Assembly: GCA_031418035.1 (NCBI GenBank)
Contig: JANOWU010000115.1
Location: forward strand, 2,758 to 66,757
Length of the DNA: 64,000 nt
From: Acidimicrobiia bacterium
GTDB lineage: Bacteria > Actinomycetota > Acidimicrobiia > Acidimicrobiales > JANYDT01
Reading direction: 5' to 3'
The notes beneath the pieces were generated by a model. The model ran no database searches and was not told the origin of the DNA. It was given only the letters and a program-made list of their open reading frames with translations. Position numbers and translations under genes: made by a program. Of this stretch, positions 8,515-17,849 are shown piece after piece; the first letter of the stretch is position 1, and every line of letters begins with the position of its first letter.

Positions 8515-11500
8515 CACCGCCGTCGTCGGCTCCCCTGGTCATCGACGCACAACAGCAGGAAGCGATCCACGCGCCGAGTCGGCCCCTGCGGATCAATGCG
8601 GGTGCGGGAAGCGGCAAGACAACAGTCATGGCACATCGCGTGCGTGCGTTCGTCGAGCGTGGGTTCCGACCGGATCAGATCCTCGGCTTGACGTTCTCCA
8701 ACAAGGCTGCGGAGAACCTCCGCCGAAGAATTGCCGAGGAAGTGGGCGGCGGGCTCGACGTGACCGTTGCTACGTATCACGGCTTCGGCGCCAGCATCGT
8801 CTCCAACTACGCACTGGAGTTGGGTTTCAGTGCGGCACCCAAACTCATCGACCGGGCAAACTCCTTTGGTTTGCTCTACGACGCGCTCAACGAGGTCACC
8901 CTCGACACGCGAAAGGTCGGACGGGTCGCGAACCTCGTCGCCGCAGCGATTCGTCTCGCGTCACAGTGCGCCGACCATCTGGTGAGCCTGGAAGCGGTGA
9001 TCGCCGATTGCGAACGTATCGAGGCAGACCGAACGATCGCTCCAGAAGCCGTGAAAGGTGCGAGCGGACGCAAGGATCTGGCCCGGCTCGCCCTGGTGTT
9101 CGCCCAGGCCAAACGTCGACACAACGCCATCGACTTCGGCGACCAGATTGCGCTCGCTGTTCGGGTTCTCGAGTCGAACACGTCGCGTTGTGAGGAACTC
9201 CTCGATCGTCATCCCATTGTGTTGCTCGACGAGTACCAAGACACGAATTTTGCCCAGCGACGCCTCTTACAGTTGATTTATCCTGCCGGGTCCCCCGTCA
9301 CCGTCGTGGGTGACGACATGCAGTCCATCTACGCGTTTCGGGGCGCGCATATTCAGAACATCCTCGACTTCCCGAATCACTTTGCCCTTCCTCGGACGGA
9401 AAACGAGCGGTTCGACACGACGGCTTCGGTTGCCGAAGGAAACGTCGTGGGAGGACACGTCGAGGCGACCCTCACGACCAACTATCGGTCCGGACCCCGC
9501 ATTGTCGCGGTGGCCAACTCCATCGCAGATCGCGTGGCCAACTCCCTGCCGAAAGTGTTGCAGCCACGAACGAACGCCGAGCCCGACACCATCGAAGCGG
9601 TGGTCGGCCAAGACGACGTGGACGAAGCCGTACGAATTGCCGACTGGGTCGCGGCCCGCGGCGCGCCATGGTCACAAACCGTGGTCCTCGGACGAAAACG
9701 AAAGATCTTTCCGGCCATCGCCGAGGCCATCGCCGCCCGCGGAATTCCCGTCGAGATCGTCGGCATCGGCGGTCTGCTCCTACGCCCGGAAGTGGTCGAC
9801 GTTGTCGCGTGGCTTGAAGTACTCGCCCTCGACGGCCCGAATGTCGCGGTCCTCAGACTCCTTCGTTCTCCGCTGCGAAACATCGGGCTTAGCGACCTCG
9901 CGGTGCTCTCCCAGCATGCATCACGACTGGCCCGAGCCGCGGCCCCCGACGTCGCTCATCCCCCGGTCAATCTTCTCGCCGCACTCGACGATGTCGACAG
10001 CGTTGCCCACCTCTCGCCCGAAGCATGGACTCGTCTGAAGGCATTCCAAACCGACGCTCGATTCATTCGTCGACGCAGCGCCGAATGTTCACTCGTGGAA
10101 CTCCTCGACGTGATCATCGACATGGAACGGCTCTTCGACCGCGTCGACGACGTTGGTGCGGAGAACCTGCTTCGATTTCTCGACGTGGCTGATCAGTTTT
10201 CCCCGCTGACCGGACCACCCTCCGTTGCGTCGTTCGTGCAATATCTTTCGCTGATCGCTGACTCCGAGGACGAGCCGTCCGAGGCGTCGTCTACCGACTC
10301 GAACTCGGTCCGAATCATGAGTATCCACCAGGCCAAGGGCCTGGAGTTCGACAACGTCGTTCTGGCCGGACTCTCCGGATCGAAATCGAGCCGGATCTTC
10401 CCCGACGACCGACTGGCCGAGAACGGTGTCACCCAAACGGAAGTGCTCCCGCTGTGGCTGCGTACCGACAACGATGGGTTCACCGAACCACCCCGCACAA
10501 AGCTGCAGGTTGCCGCCTTCAAAGAGCGCGCCATTCGTATGCGCACAGATGAAGAGCTGCGGCTCCTCTACGTTGCCATCACTCGAGCGAAGAAGCACCT
10601 CTTCTGTACTGCTGCGCAGTGGTATCCCGGCGCTGCTGAACCTCAAGGGGTTTCGACGTTCTACACACTGATGTGTTCACTGTCTGAACAGGTGACCGAA
10701 CACCTTCCGCGTGTTGAGCCGTCCGGGGAAAACCCCGAGATCGCTCGACGTCGCCGACGGGTGGCCGCCGCGCTTCAGGCTGAAGAATCACAGCGATCGG
10801 CGGACGCCGCGTCGCCGAGGTCGAGCCGACCGGGAACGACCCGTGGGCGGCGCACACCTACGGAGCAGTCCAGCCTTTTGGAGGGTTTCGGTGCAACGTC
10901 GACCGAAGCGAGCGCACCTTCGGGAGCGGACCACATCGAACGGATATCGACCATTTCGGCGACGGAGCTTGCCGCACTCGAACGATGTCCCCAGCAATAT
11001 CTCTGGTCGTCGGTCCACCGCCTCCCGCGCCCGCATCGACGGTCGGCCGCCTTCGGGACGACGGTCCACGCCGAGCTGGAGGCCCATTTCGCGAACCGGA
11101 TGATGACGACACGGGCGACGTCCCCGGTTCTCGCGGGCGACGACGAACACATGCCAGAGGACAACCCCGACGAGCCTGTGTTCGACGATCGTGGCGGCCA
11201 CCACATCATCGCCACGACTGAACAACTCGTCGCAGCCGTTGCGAACTCGCCATGGAGTTCCGCAACCGTGCTCGGTGTGGAAACCGCATTCGACCTGGAT
11301 CTGTTCGAAGCCGATTCGGCCTGGCAGACCCGAATCCGAGGTCGCATCGATGCCGTCTTTGCCCACGACGATCTCGTGCACATCGTCGACTGGAAGACCG
11401 GGCAACCACCAACGGTGGTTGATCCCGGGGCACGAACCCAGCTCGACGTGTACGGACTCGTGGCCTCTCGGCTGTGGGGTTGCGACCCTGAACGAATTCG

Positions 11501-11708
11501 TGTTTCATACGTATACATACAACAGAACGCGGTCGTCAACGACACCATGGTCTGGAGCGAACGCTATGGCGCTGACGTGCTCCAGCGCCTACGCGGCGTC
11601 ATGGTCAAGGCCCAGTCCTCTCGCGCCGCAGCCCGAAGCGGACCGTGGTGTGGGCGCTGTGACTTTCGCGCGATCTGCCCATCGGCGAGCGTAAACGTGC
11701 AAGCCTGA
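8511..11708 (+). CDS. adnB: AdnB-like UvrD/Rep-family helicase with C-terminal RecB-type nuclease
   Basis: Start at MTPPSSAPLVIDAQQQEAIHAP..INAGAGSGKTTVM (UvrD motif I). Also present are LLDEYQDTN, YRSGP, HQAKGLEF and a C-terminal CGRCDFRAICP. Confidence 0.75.
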   Translation: MTPPSSAPLVIDAQQQEAIHAPSRPLRINAGAGSGKTTVMAHRVRAFVERGFRPDQILGLTFSNKAAENLRRRIAEEVGGGLDVTVATYHGFGASIVSNYALELGFSAAPKLIDRANSFGLLYDALNEVTLDTRKVGRVANLVAAAIRLASQCADHLVSLEAVIADCERIEADRTIAPEAVKGASGRKDLARLALVFAQAKRRHNAIDFGDQIALAVRVLESNTSRCEELLDRHPIVLLDEYQDTNFAQRRLLQLIYPAGSPVTVVGDDMQSIYAFRGAHIQNILDFPNHFALPRTENERFDTTASVAEGNVVGGHVEATLTTNYRSGPRIVAVANSIADRVANSLPKVLQPRTNAEPDTIEAVVGQDDVDEAVRIADWVAARGAPWSQTVVLGRKRKIFPAIAEAIAARGIPVEIVGIGGLLLRPEVVDVVAWLEVLALDGPNVAVLRLLRSPLRNIGLSDLAVLSQHASRLARAAAPDVAHPPVNLLAALDDVDSVAHLSPEAWTRLKAFQTDARFIRRRSAECSLVELLDVIIDMERLFDRVDDVGAENLLRFLDVADQFSPLTGPPSVASFVQYLSLIADSEDEPSEASSTDSNSVRIMSIHQAKGLEFDNVVLAGLSGSKSSRIFPDDRLAENGVTQTEVLPLWLRTDNDGFTEPPRTKLQVAAFKERAIRMRTDEELRLLYVAITRAKKHLFCTAAQWYPGAAEPQGVSTFYTLMCSLSEQVTEHLPRVEPSGENPEIARRRRRVAAALQAEESQRSADAASPRSSRPGTTRGRRTPTEQSSLLEGFGATSTEASAPSGADHIERISTISATELAALERCPQQYLWSSVHRLPRPHRRSAAFGTTVHAELEAHFANRMMTTRATSPVLAGDDEHMPEDNPDEPVFDDRGGHHIIATTEQLVAAVANSPWSSATVLGVETAFDLDLFEADSAWQTRIRGRIDAVFAHDDLVHIVDWKTGQPPTVVDPGARTQLDVYGLVASRLWGCDPERIRVSYVYIQQNAVVNDTMVWSERYGADVLQRLRGVMVKAQSSRAAARSGPWCGRCDFRAICPSASVNVQA

Positions 11709-11712
11709 ACGG

Positions 11713-12555
11713 ATGCGTCTCGACCCAACCGACTCGGCGCCCTGGTGGCATTGGGAGTTTTCCCGATGTGTGGGCCAGTGGCCGACCCAGAAGAACCCGG
11801 CGCTCGATCGCGCCGCGACCCTCCTGGCGGCGCATCGAAGTGAGTCGGTAACTTCACCGTCCGACGTCGACGGCACTCTCGAGGCCCTCGACGAACTGAG
11901 TAGCCGTTGTGATGCACCCAGCTTCGATGCGTGGCATCGCCTTCTGTGGATCGAGATCGGACTGTCGGGCAACGGCATCGACTATCACGACGTCCGGAAC
12001 TCTTTTCTTCCCGACGTCCTCGAACGTCGCATCGGAATTCCGATCTCGATCTCGGTAGTCGCCATGGAAGTTGGTCGACGTCTGGGCCTGCCGGTGTTCG
12101 GCGTCGGTATGCCCGGCCATTTCCTCGTCGGATACGGTCAGCCAGACCGCGTGGACCGGCCGATTCAATACGTGGACCCGTTCAACGGCGGCTCGGTCCT
12201 CGACGTCGATGGCGCCCGTCAACTGTTCGAGAACTTGTTCGGACCCGACCGCGGGTTTTCGCAGGACTACCTTGCGCCTGTTGGACCGGAGGAGATCCTC
12301 ATTCGTATGTGCGCAAACCTCAAACAGAACTACGCCCGGGCACAGGACATCCCGGGCTTGTGCGACATCATGCGACTCCGAACGTGTCTGCCCGATGTCA
12401 CCGTGACCGAGGGTCGCGAACTTGTTCGTCTCCTTCACGCAACCGGACTCACCACCGACGCACTCGCAGTGTGTGACCAAATCGAACGCCACGTTCCAAG
12501 CGCCCAGGGACTCATCGATCACGAACGCGATCGGATCATCGCCCAATTCAACTGA
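11713..12555 (+). CDS. SirB1-like transglutaminase-like/TPR family protein
   Basis: IPISISVVAMEVGRRLGLPVFGVGMPGHFLV matches the SirB1 N-terminal domain pattern as I recall it. It starts 4 nt after adnB. Confidence 0.6.
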   Translation: MRLDPTDSAPWWHWEFSRCVGQWPTQKNPALDRAATLLAAHRSESVTSPSDVDGTLEALDELSSRCDAPSFDAWHRLLWIEIGLSGNGIDYHDVRNSFLPDVLERRIGIPISISVVAMEVGRRLGLPVFGVGMPGHFLVGYGQPDRVDRPIQYVDPFNGGSVLDVDGARQLFENLFGPDRGFSQDYLAPVGPEEILIRMCANLKQNYARAQDIPGLCDIMRLRTCLPDVTVTEGRELVRLLHATGLTTDALAVCDQIERHVPSAQGLIDHERDRIIAQFN

Positions 12556-12597
12556 CCGGCGCCTGCGAACCGGTTGTTCGAGCAGGGTTGGAGACTG

Positions 12598-13491
12598 TTA
12601 GACCAGCGTTGCGAGGTACGCCCGGGTCCGTTCCTGCTCCTCGGCAGACCCGAAGACGCTTGCACACAGCTCCGTTGCACCTGCGGCGGCAATTCGCTTC
12701 ACGCCCGCCTCGATCGCTTTCTCGTCGCCGATGAGGCCGATGTCGGCCGGCCCGGCGGCGCCCTCTCGGTCAAGCACCGCACGATACGACGGCAGCTGAC
12801 CGTAGATCGCGAACTCTTTCGAAGCCCGGTCTCGAGCCCCCTCAACATCGTTGGTGAGACAAACCGGCAGCCCGACAACTGCGGCCGGCGTCGGTCGGTT
12901 TGCCTCTTTCGCTCCTGCTTCCATCGCGGGAATGATGTGATCGGCAACCGTTGCGGGGCCGGTCATCCAAAGAATGGTTCCGTCGGTGAGTGCCCCAGCG
13001 ATCTTCAGCATCACTGGCGCGAGTGCCGCAATCATGAGTTTGGGCGGCGGAGTATCGGTGATCTGCACGTTGCCGCGGTAGGTGAAGCTCTCGCCCTTCA
13101 CTTTGACGGACTCACCACGCATCAGCGGCATCAAAATGGAAAGGTACTCGCGCATATGAACAGCCGGACGGTCGAAGGACAGACCGTACATTCCCTCAAT
13201 GACGACCTTGTGGCTGAGACCGATCCCGAGCGTCAGCCTGCCTCCTGTGGCTTGCTGGGTCGTCAGCGCTTCCTGAGCCAGAACCGCTGGGTGGCGCGGA
13301 TAGGTCGGTATGACCGCGGTCCCGAATTCGATGCCGGGGACCTCCCGACCCGCCAACGCAATGCACGTGAGTGCGTCGAGACCAAATATCTGGGGTGTCC
13401 AAATGGTCGCGAATCCTGCCGCTGCCGCCTCCTTCGTGCTGGAAATGAAGGAGTCGATGGAGGCGGGAAACAGAAACAGACCAAGTCGCAT
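12598..13491 (-). CDS. LLM-class F420-dependent oxidoreductase
   Basis: Start chosen at MRLGLFLFPASIDSF (ATG 13491). The sequence is luciferase-like monooxygenase-family throughout. Confidence 0.75.
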   Translation of the reverse strand: MRLGLFLFPASIDSFISSTKEAAAAGFATIWTPQIFGLDALTCIALAGREVPGIEFGTAVIPTYPRHPAVLAQEALTTQQATGGRLTLGIGLSHKVVIEGMYGLSFDRPAVHMREYLSILMPLMRGESVKVKGESFTYRGNVQITDTPPPKLMIAALAPVMLKIAGALTDGTILWMTGPATVADHIIPAMEAGAKEANRPTPAAVVGLPVCLTNDVEGARDRASKEFAIYGQLPSYRAVLDREGAAGPADIGLIGDEKAIEAGVKRIAAAGATELCASVFGSAEEQERTRAYLATLV

Positions 13492-13577
13492 GCCTTGACC
13501 GTAGTCAAGTTGGCCACGCCAGGCGAACCGGACCGATCGCCCTTTTCCCGAGACGGGCTGGGTAGGATCGCTCAAGC

Positions 13578-15914
13578 ATGACCGTCGAAACCAGCCTCCC
13601 GAACATCGCCGCGCTCGAAGCAATCCAGGAACGCTTGCTTTGGCTCGCGATTCGCATGGTTGACTACGCGAACAACGAACGCGACGCGGGCGGCATAAAA
13701 GTCGGGGGACACCAGGCGAGCAGTGCCTCCATGGTTTCCATCATGACGAGCCTGTGGTTCGGTCACATCAACGGGAACGACAAGGTGGCGGTAAAACCGC
13801 ATGCCTCCCCCGTGTATCACGCCATCAAATATCTCACGGGCGAACTCGATCAGTCCTATCTCAAGACCCTGCGCCGCAAGGGCGGGCTGCAGGCCTACCC
13901 CAGTCGCACCAAAGACCCCGACGTTGCCGATTTCTCCACCGGGTCGGTCGGCCTTGGTGCCGTTGCGCCGTTGTTTGCAGCGGCGGCGCGTCGGTACATC
14001 GACAATCACTTCGGGGCACGAGACCAGACCAGGTTCATCGCGTTGGTGGGCGACGCCGAACTCGACGAAGGAAACATCTGGGAAGCGATCGCCGATCCTG
14101 CGCTGCAGGGGCTCGGCAATGTGATGTGGATCGTTGATGCCAATCGTCAGTCGCTCGATCGTGTCATTCCCGATATGAAGTTGAAGAAACTGATGAAGTT
14201 CTTCAATGACTCCGGGTGGCATGTGGTGGAGGCAAAGTATGGCGCCAGACTGTCGCGAGCTATGCGCGAGAAGGGCGGCAAGGCGTTACGCGAACTTATT
14301 GATCAGATGTCGAACGAAGAGTACCAATCGTTGTTCGCATTCCAGGGTGCTGCTCTGCGGGAGCGGATCTACGCGTCGAACTTCATGACTGAAGATGCCA
14401 AGGCGTATCTCGACAAGGTCTCCGATGACGAGCTTGCGTCACTCGTGCAGAACCTCGGTGGGCACGACCTCCGAGTCCTGATCGATGCCTATCGCCAGTG
14501 TGACGAGGTCACGGACCGACCGAGCGTGGTGTTCGCCTACACGGTGAAGGGTTGGGGTTTGCCGATTGCCGGCGATCCGCTGAACCACTCCGCGCTACTG
14601 AGCGCAGCTCAGATCGACGAGCTTCGAACTCGCGTGGGTCTGACGAAGGAGTCCGAGTGGGATCGATTCGCCGAGTTTTCGACTGAGGGCACGATTTGTC
14701 GATCCGTCGGTGGAGCGATCAACAATCAACCGCCGATACCTCGCCCGTTCGTTCCGGTACCCACCGAAACGGGTGTGTTGGCGTCGAAAGACGTGTCCAC
14801 CCAGGAGACATTCGGACGTGTACTTACCAGTCTCGGAAACGTCGAGGGCGTTCGGGAGCGATTGGTGACGACATCGCCGGATGTAAGCGTCTCTACCAAC
14901 CTCGGCGGCTGGATCAACAAGATGGGCGTCTTCACGCACGAGGACCAACCTGACTTTCTCGGCGACGAACGCCTTCTGCGGTGGAAACAGGGCCGAACGG
15001 GGCACCACATCGAACTTGGGATAAGCGAGATGAACCTTTTTCTCGTGCTCCATGCGCTCGGCCTCGGTCATGAGCTGCACGGCGAGCATCTGCTGCCGGT
15101 TGGTACGGTCTATGACCCCTTCGTGTGCCGCGGACTCGACGCCCTGATCTATGCGCTCTACAACGGCGCAAAGTTCGTCGTTGTCGGGACGCCGTCGGGG
15201 ATCACCCTGGCGCCCGAGGGCGGTGCGCACCAGTCGACCATCACCGCGTCGATCGGATTGGAGCTCCCTGGGCTCACGCTCGCCGAGCCAGCGTATGCCG
15301 TCGCTCTCGATTGGTTGCTGTGCGACGGCCTCGAGGGTCTGAGCCATCCCGACCGGAACTCGCTGTACCTGCGACTGTCGACCCGGCCTCTCGATCAGCG
15401 GCCCTTCGCCGACGCCGCGCAACGTTTGGGAAAGGATCGTCTGCGCGCCGACGTCCTGTCCGGCGGCTACGTATTGCGGGAACCGTCGGCGGAACTGGTG
15501 GCGGACCACGCTCCAGCCATCACCCTGATCGCGTCCGGTGCCGTCATGCCCGAAGTACTCCGTGCGGCCGAACTCCTCGAAGATGAAGGAGTTGCGCCGA
15601 CTGTCGTCGATGCGACGTCGATCGACCGCCTCTATTGCGGTTGGAAAAAGGCCACCCGTGAACGTTCGATTACCGGACGGGTCACGGCGTTCCATCTCCA
15701 GAATCTCATCATGATCGACAATCGCCGAGCTCCGATCGTGACCGCTCACGACGCCGCCTCGCATGCAATGGCCTGGTTCGGTTCGGTGTTCGGCGCGCCC
15801 GTTGTCCCCGTGGGCGTCGATTCATTCGGACAGTCCGGCTCGATCGCCGAACTGTACGAAACCTTCGACCTGTTACCCGATCAGCTGGTCAACGCGGCGC
15901 TCAGCGCGCTGTGA
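13578..15914 (+). CDS. Thiamine-diphosphate-dependent E1-like enzyme (homodimeric pyruvate dehydrogenase E1 / transketolase-like)
   Basis: 778 aa with KVGGHQASSASMVSIMTSLWF, GDAELDEGNIWEA (ThDP Mg-binding GDG-type region) and a transketolase-like middle and C-terminal part. Confidence 0.7.
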   Translation: MTVETSLPNIAALEAIQERLLWLAIRMVDYANNERDAGGIKVGGHQASSASMVSIMTSLWFGHINGNDKVAVKPHASPVYHAIKYLTGELDQSYLKTLRRKGGLQAYPSRTKDPDVADFSTGSVGLGAVAPLFAAAARRYIDNHFGARDQTRFIALVGDAELDEGNIWEAIADPALQGLGNVMWIVDANRQSLDRVIPDMKLKKLMKFFNDSGWHVVEAKYGARLSRAMREKGGKALRELIDQMSNEEYQSLFAFQGAALRERIYASNFMTEDAKAYLDKVSDDELASLVQNLGGHDLRVLIDAYRQCDEVTDRPSVVFAYTVKGWGLPIAGDPLNHSALLSAAQIDELRTRVGLTKESEWDRFAEFSTEGTICRSVGGAINNQPPIPRPFVPVPTETGVLASKDVSTQETFGRVLTSLGNVEGVRERLVTTSPDVSVSTNLGGWINKMGVFTHEDQPDFLGDERLLRWKQGRTGHHIELGISEMNLFLVLHALGLGHELHGEHLLPVGTVYDPFVCRGLDALIYALYNGAKFVVVGTPSGITLAPEGGAHQSTITASIGLELPGLTLAEPAYAVALDWLLCDGLEGLSHPDRNSLYLRLSTRPLDQRPFADAAQRLGKDRLRADVLSGGYVLREPSAELVADHAPAITLIASGAVMPEVLRAAELLEDEGVAPTVVDATSIDRLYCGWKKATRERSITGRVTAFHLQNLIMIDNRRAPIVTAHDAASHAMAWFGSVFGAPVVPVGVDSFGQSGSIAELYETFDLLPDQLVNAALSAL

Positions 15915-15971
15915 GCTTCAAATCGTTGATCGCTCAGGACAGGCCGTAGCGAGCGAGCCTAGCGACGCGGC

Positions 15972-16712
15972 CTAGCGCCCCTCGAACTTCGGACGACGCT
16001 TCTCTTGAAACGCCGCTCGACCTTCCACCAGGTCGTTGCTCTGCCACGCACGAACGAAGCCGTTGTGCGCCTCTGCGTTCGCTGGCCCGGTGCTGGCCTG
16101 GCGTACGGCGGTCAGCGCCAACTTGTGTGCCGCAATGGTGAGGGGTGCTAACTCGGCAATGCTCTGCGCCCACTCGACGGCATCGGCAAGGTCTCCGAGC
16201 TTCTGCACGAATCCGAGTTCATACGCGCGCTTCCCATCAAGATTTTCCGCAGCCAGGAGCATCGAACGAGCAGGACCACCACCGCAGAGTTCGGTGACGC
16301 GTGCAACGGTTGCCTGATCGACCGCTATGCCCAGTTTCGCCGCCGGTATCCCGAACACTGCAGACTCCGTCGCAACGCGCAGGTCGCAGAACGAAGCCAT
16401 TTGCGTACCCGCCCCGAGCGCGAACCCCGCCACTGCAGCGATCGTCACGAGCGGCGCCTCGGCCAGAGCAACGAGAGCTCGGCGCAAGCTATCGAGAAAC
16501 TCGTCGTTCTCGACACCTCCCAGATCGGCGCCCGCGCTGAAGTGGCCGCCTGCTCCGGTCAAGACCACGACTCGCGCCTGCTGCGTTACCGCAGAGTCGA
16601 TAGCGTCGGCGAGGAGCGTCAGAGTCTCGCCGTCCACGGCATTTCGCCGGTGTTGTCGATCGATGGTCAACACCACCACATCGGGACCATGATGATGCGA
16701 AATCTGAAGCAT
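15972..16712 (-). CDS. Enoyl-CoA hydratase/isomerase (crotonase) family protein
   Basis: VVVLTGAGGHFSAGADL and IAAVAGFALGAGTQMA are crotonase-fold oxyanion-hole motifs. Confidence 0.85.
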   Translation of the reverse strand: MLQISHHHGPDVVVLTIDRQHRRNAVDGETLTLLADAIDSAVTQQARVVVLTGAGGHFSAGADLGGVENDEFLDSLRRALVALAEAPLVTIAAVAGFALGAGTQMASFCDLRVATESAVFGIPAAKLGIAVDQATVARVTELCGGGPARSMLLAAENLDGKRAYELGFVQKLGDLADAVEWAQSIAELAPLTIAAHKLALTAVRQASTGPANAEAHNGFVRAWQSNDLVEGRAAFQEKRRPKFEGR

Positions 16713-16735
16713 TCTCCGACGGTAGCGGATGCGTC

Positions 16736-17776
16736 TTAGGAAAAGTACGACGAGCTCTCGAGCAAAGCCTCAGCGGCAGCTAGACCGCTCAAGGCCGCGC
16801 CTTCCACGCGCGCCTCGCCGAACGCGTCGCCACAGAGCACGAGCTGCGTCCCCTCAATGGGTTGGGCACTGACACAACGTTGTGCATGCAACGCGGTCGG
16901 ACGCGCGTACCGCCACTTCTTCACCTCGATCGAGAGGGTTGATGCCGACCCGAGAAACGGACGCGCGGCAGCAATCAAGGTGTCGCGTAGCCCAGCATCG
17001 TCGTCGCCGTAATGCGTCTCGGAGAACGTCTCGTTGGCATGAAACGTTATCGCCGGGATCTCGCTGATCCCCTTGCGATGGTTGTCGCCGATGAAGGACC
17101 AAACGGCGTGAGTCGACTCGTCGAATTGCATACCGCCGGGTTCAGCCACATTGGCAGGTCCATCGAGAGCGACGAGCAAGGCGATGCACTTTGCATACGA
17201 CACGGCATCGAGTTCGGTTCGCAGATCGTCGTCCAGCGGCAGCCAGCCATTGTCGATCAGCGCCAACGATTGCGGAACGGGCGCACTGAGCACCACCTGC
17301 GTCGATTCCCATCGCTGGCCCGATTCGGCCAACACCGACAAGGTGCCTTCGTCACCGGCGACGGCACGCACCATCACGTCGCACTGCACATCAATCGTGG
17401 AGGCCAGGTATTTGGCAATCGTGTTCATCCCACCCTCCGCGCAGTATCTCGGGTACCCGTCACCTTCGGCGGAAAAGCCCTTACACCATTCCCTGATGAG
17501 GCCGGCTCGCCGCCATTCGTGGACCAAGTCCGCAAAATCAGGCGATCGAACGGTGAAGAACTGAGCGCCGTGATCGACCCGCGCCACACCGCGTGGACCA
17601 GCACCGACAAGAGCTGGCGCGCCAAGTCGCCGGGTGGCAAGACGTCCCCCCACCGAACGGCCCTTGTCGAGAACGACAGCGCGGCGGCCTGCGGCCTGCA
17701 GAGCATTGGCCGCCACCAAGCCGCTCAGGCCGGCGCCAACAATGATCACGGGGGAATCCATCCGACCATTCTTCAC
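16736..17776 (-). CDS. NAD(P)/FAD-dependent oxidoreductase (amine-oxidase/renalase-like)
   Basis: N-terminal dinucleotide fold VIIVGAGLSGLVAANAL...VLDKGRSVGGR. Confidence 0.75.
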   Translation of the reverse strand: MKNGRMDSPVIIVGAGLSGLVAANALQAAGRRAVVLDKGRSVGGRLATRRLGAPALVGAGPRGVARVDHGAQFFTVRSPDFADLVHEWRRAGLIREWCKGFSAEGDGYPRYCAEGGMNTIAKYLASTIDVQCDVMVRAVAGDEGTLSVLAESGQRWESTQVVLSAPVPQSLALIDNGWLPLDDDLRTELDAVSYAKCIALLVALDGPANVAEPGGMQFDESTHAVWSFIGDNHRKGISEIPAITFHANETFSETHYGDDDAGLRDTLIAAARPFLGSASTLSIEVKKWRYARPTALHAQRCVSAQPIEGTQLVLCGDAFGEARVEGAALSGLAAAEALLESSSYFS

Positions 17777-17849
17777 GCAAACGAATCCTGTCCGACGACG
17801 TGACTCGCGCCGGGCGGGTCTGCCGTTTACGATAGGCCCGGTGGATCCA

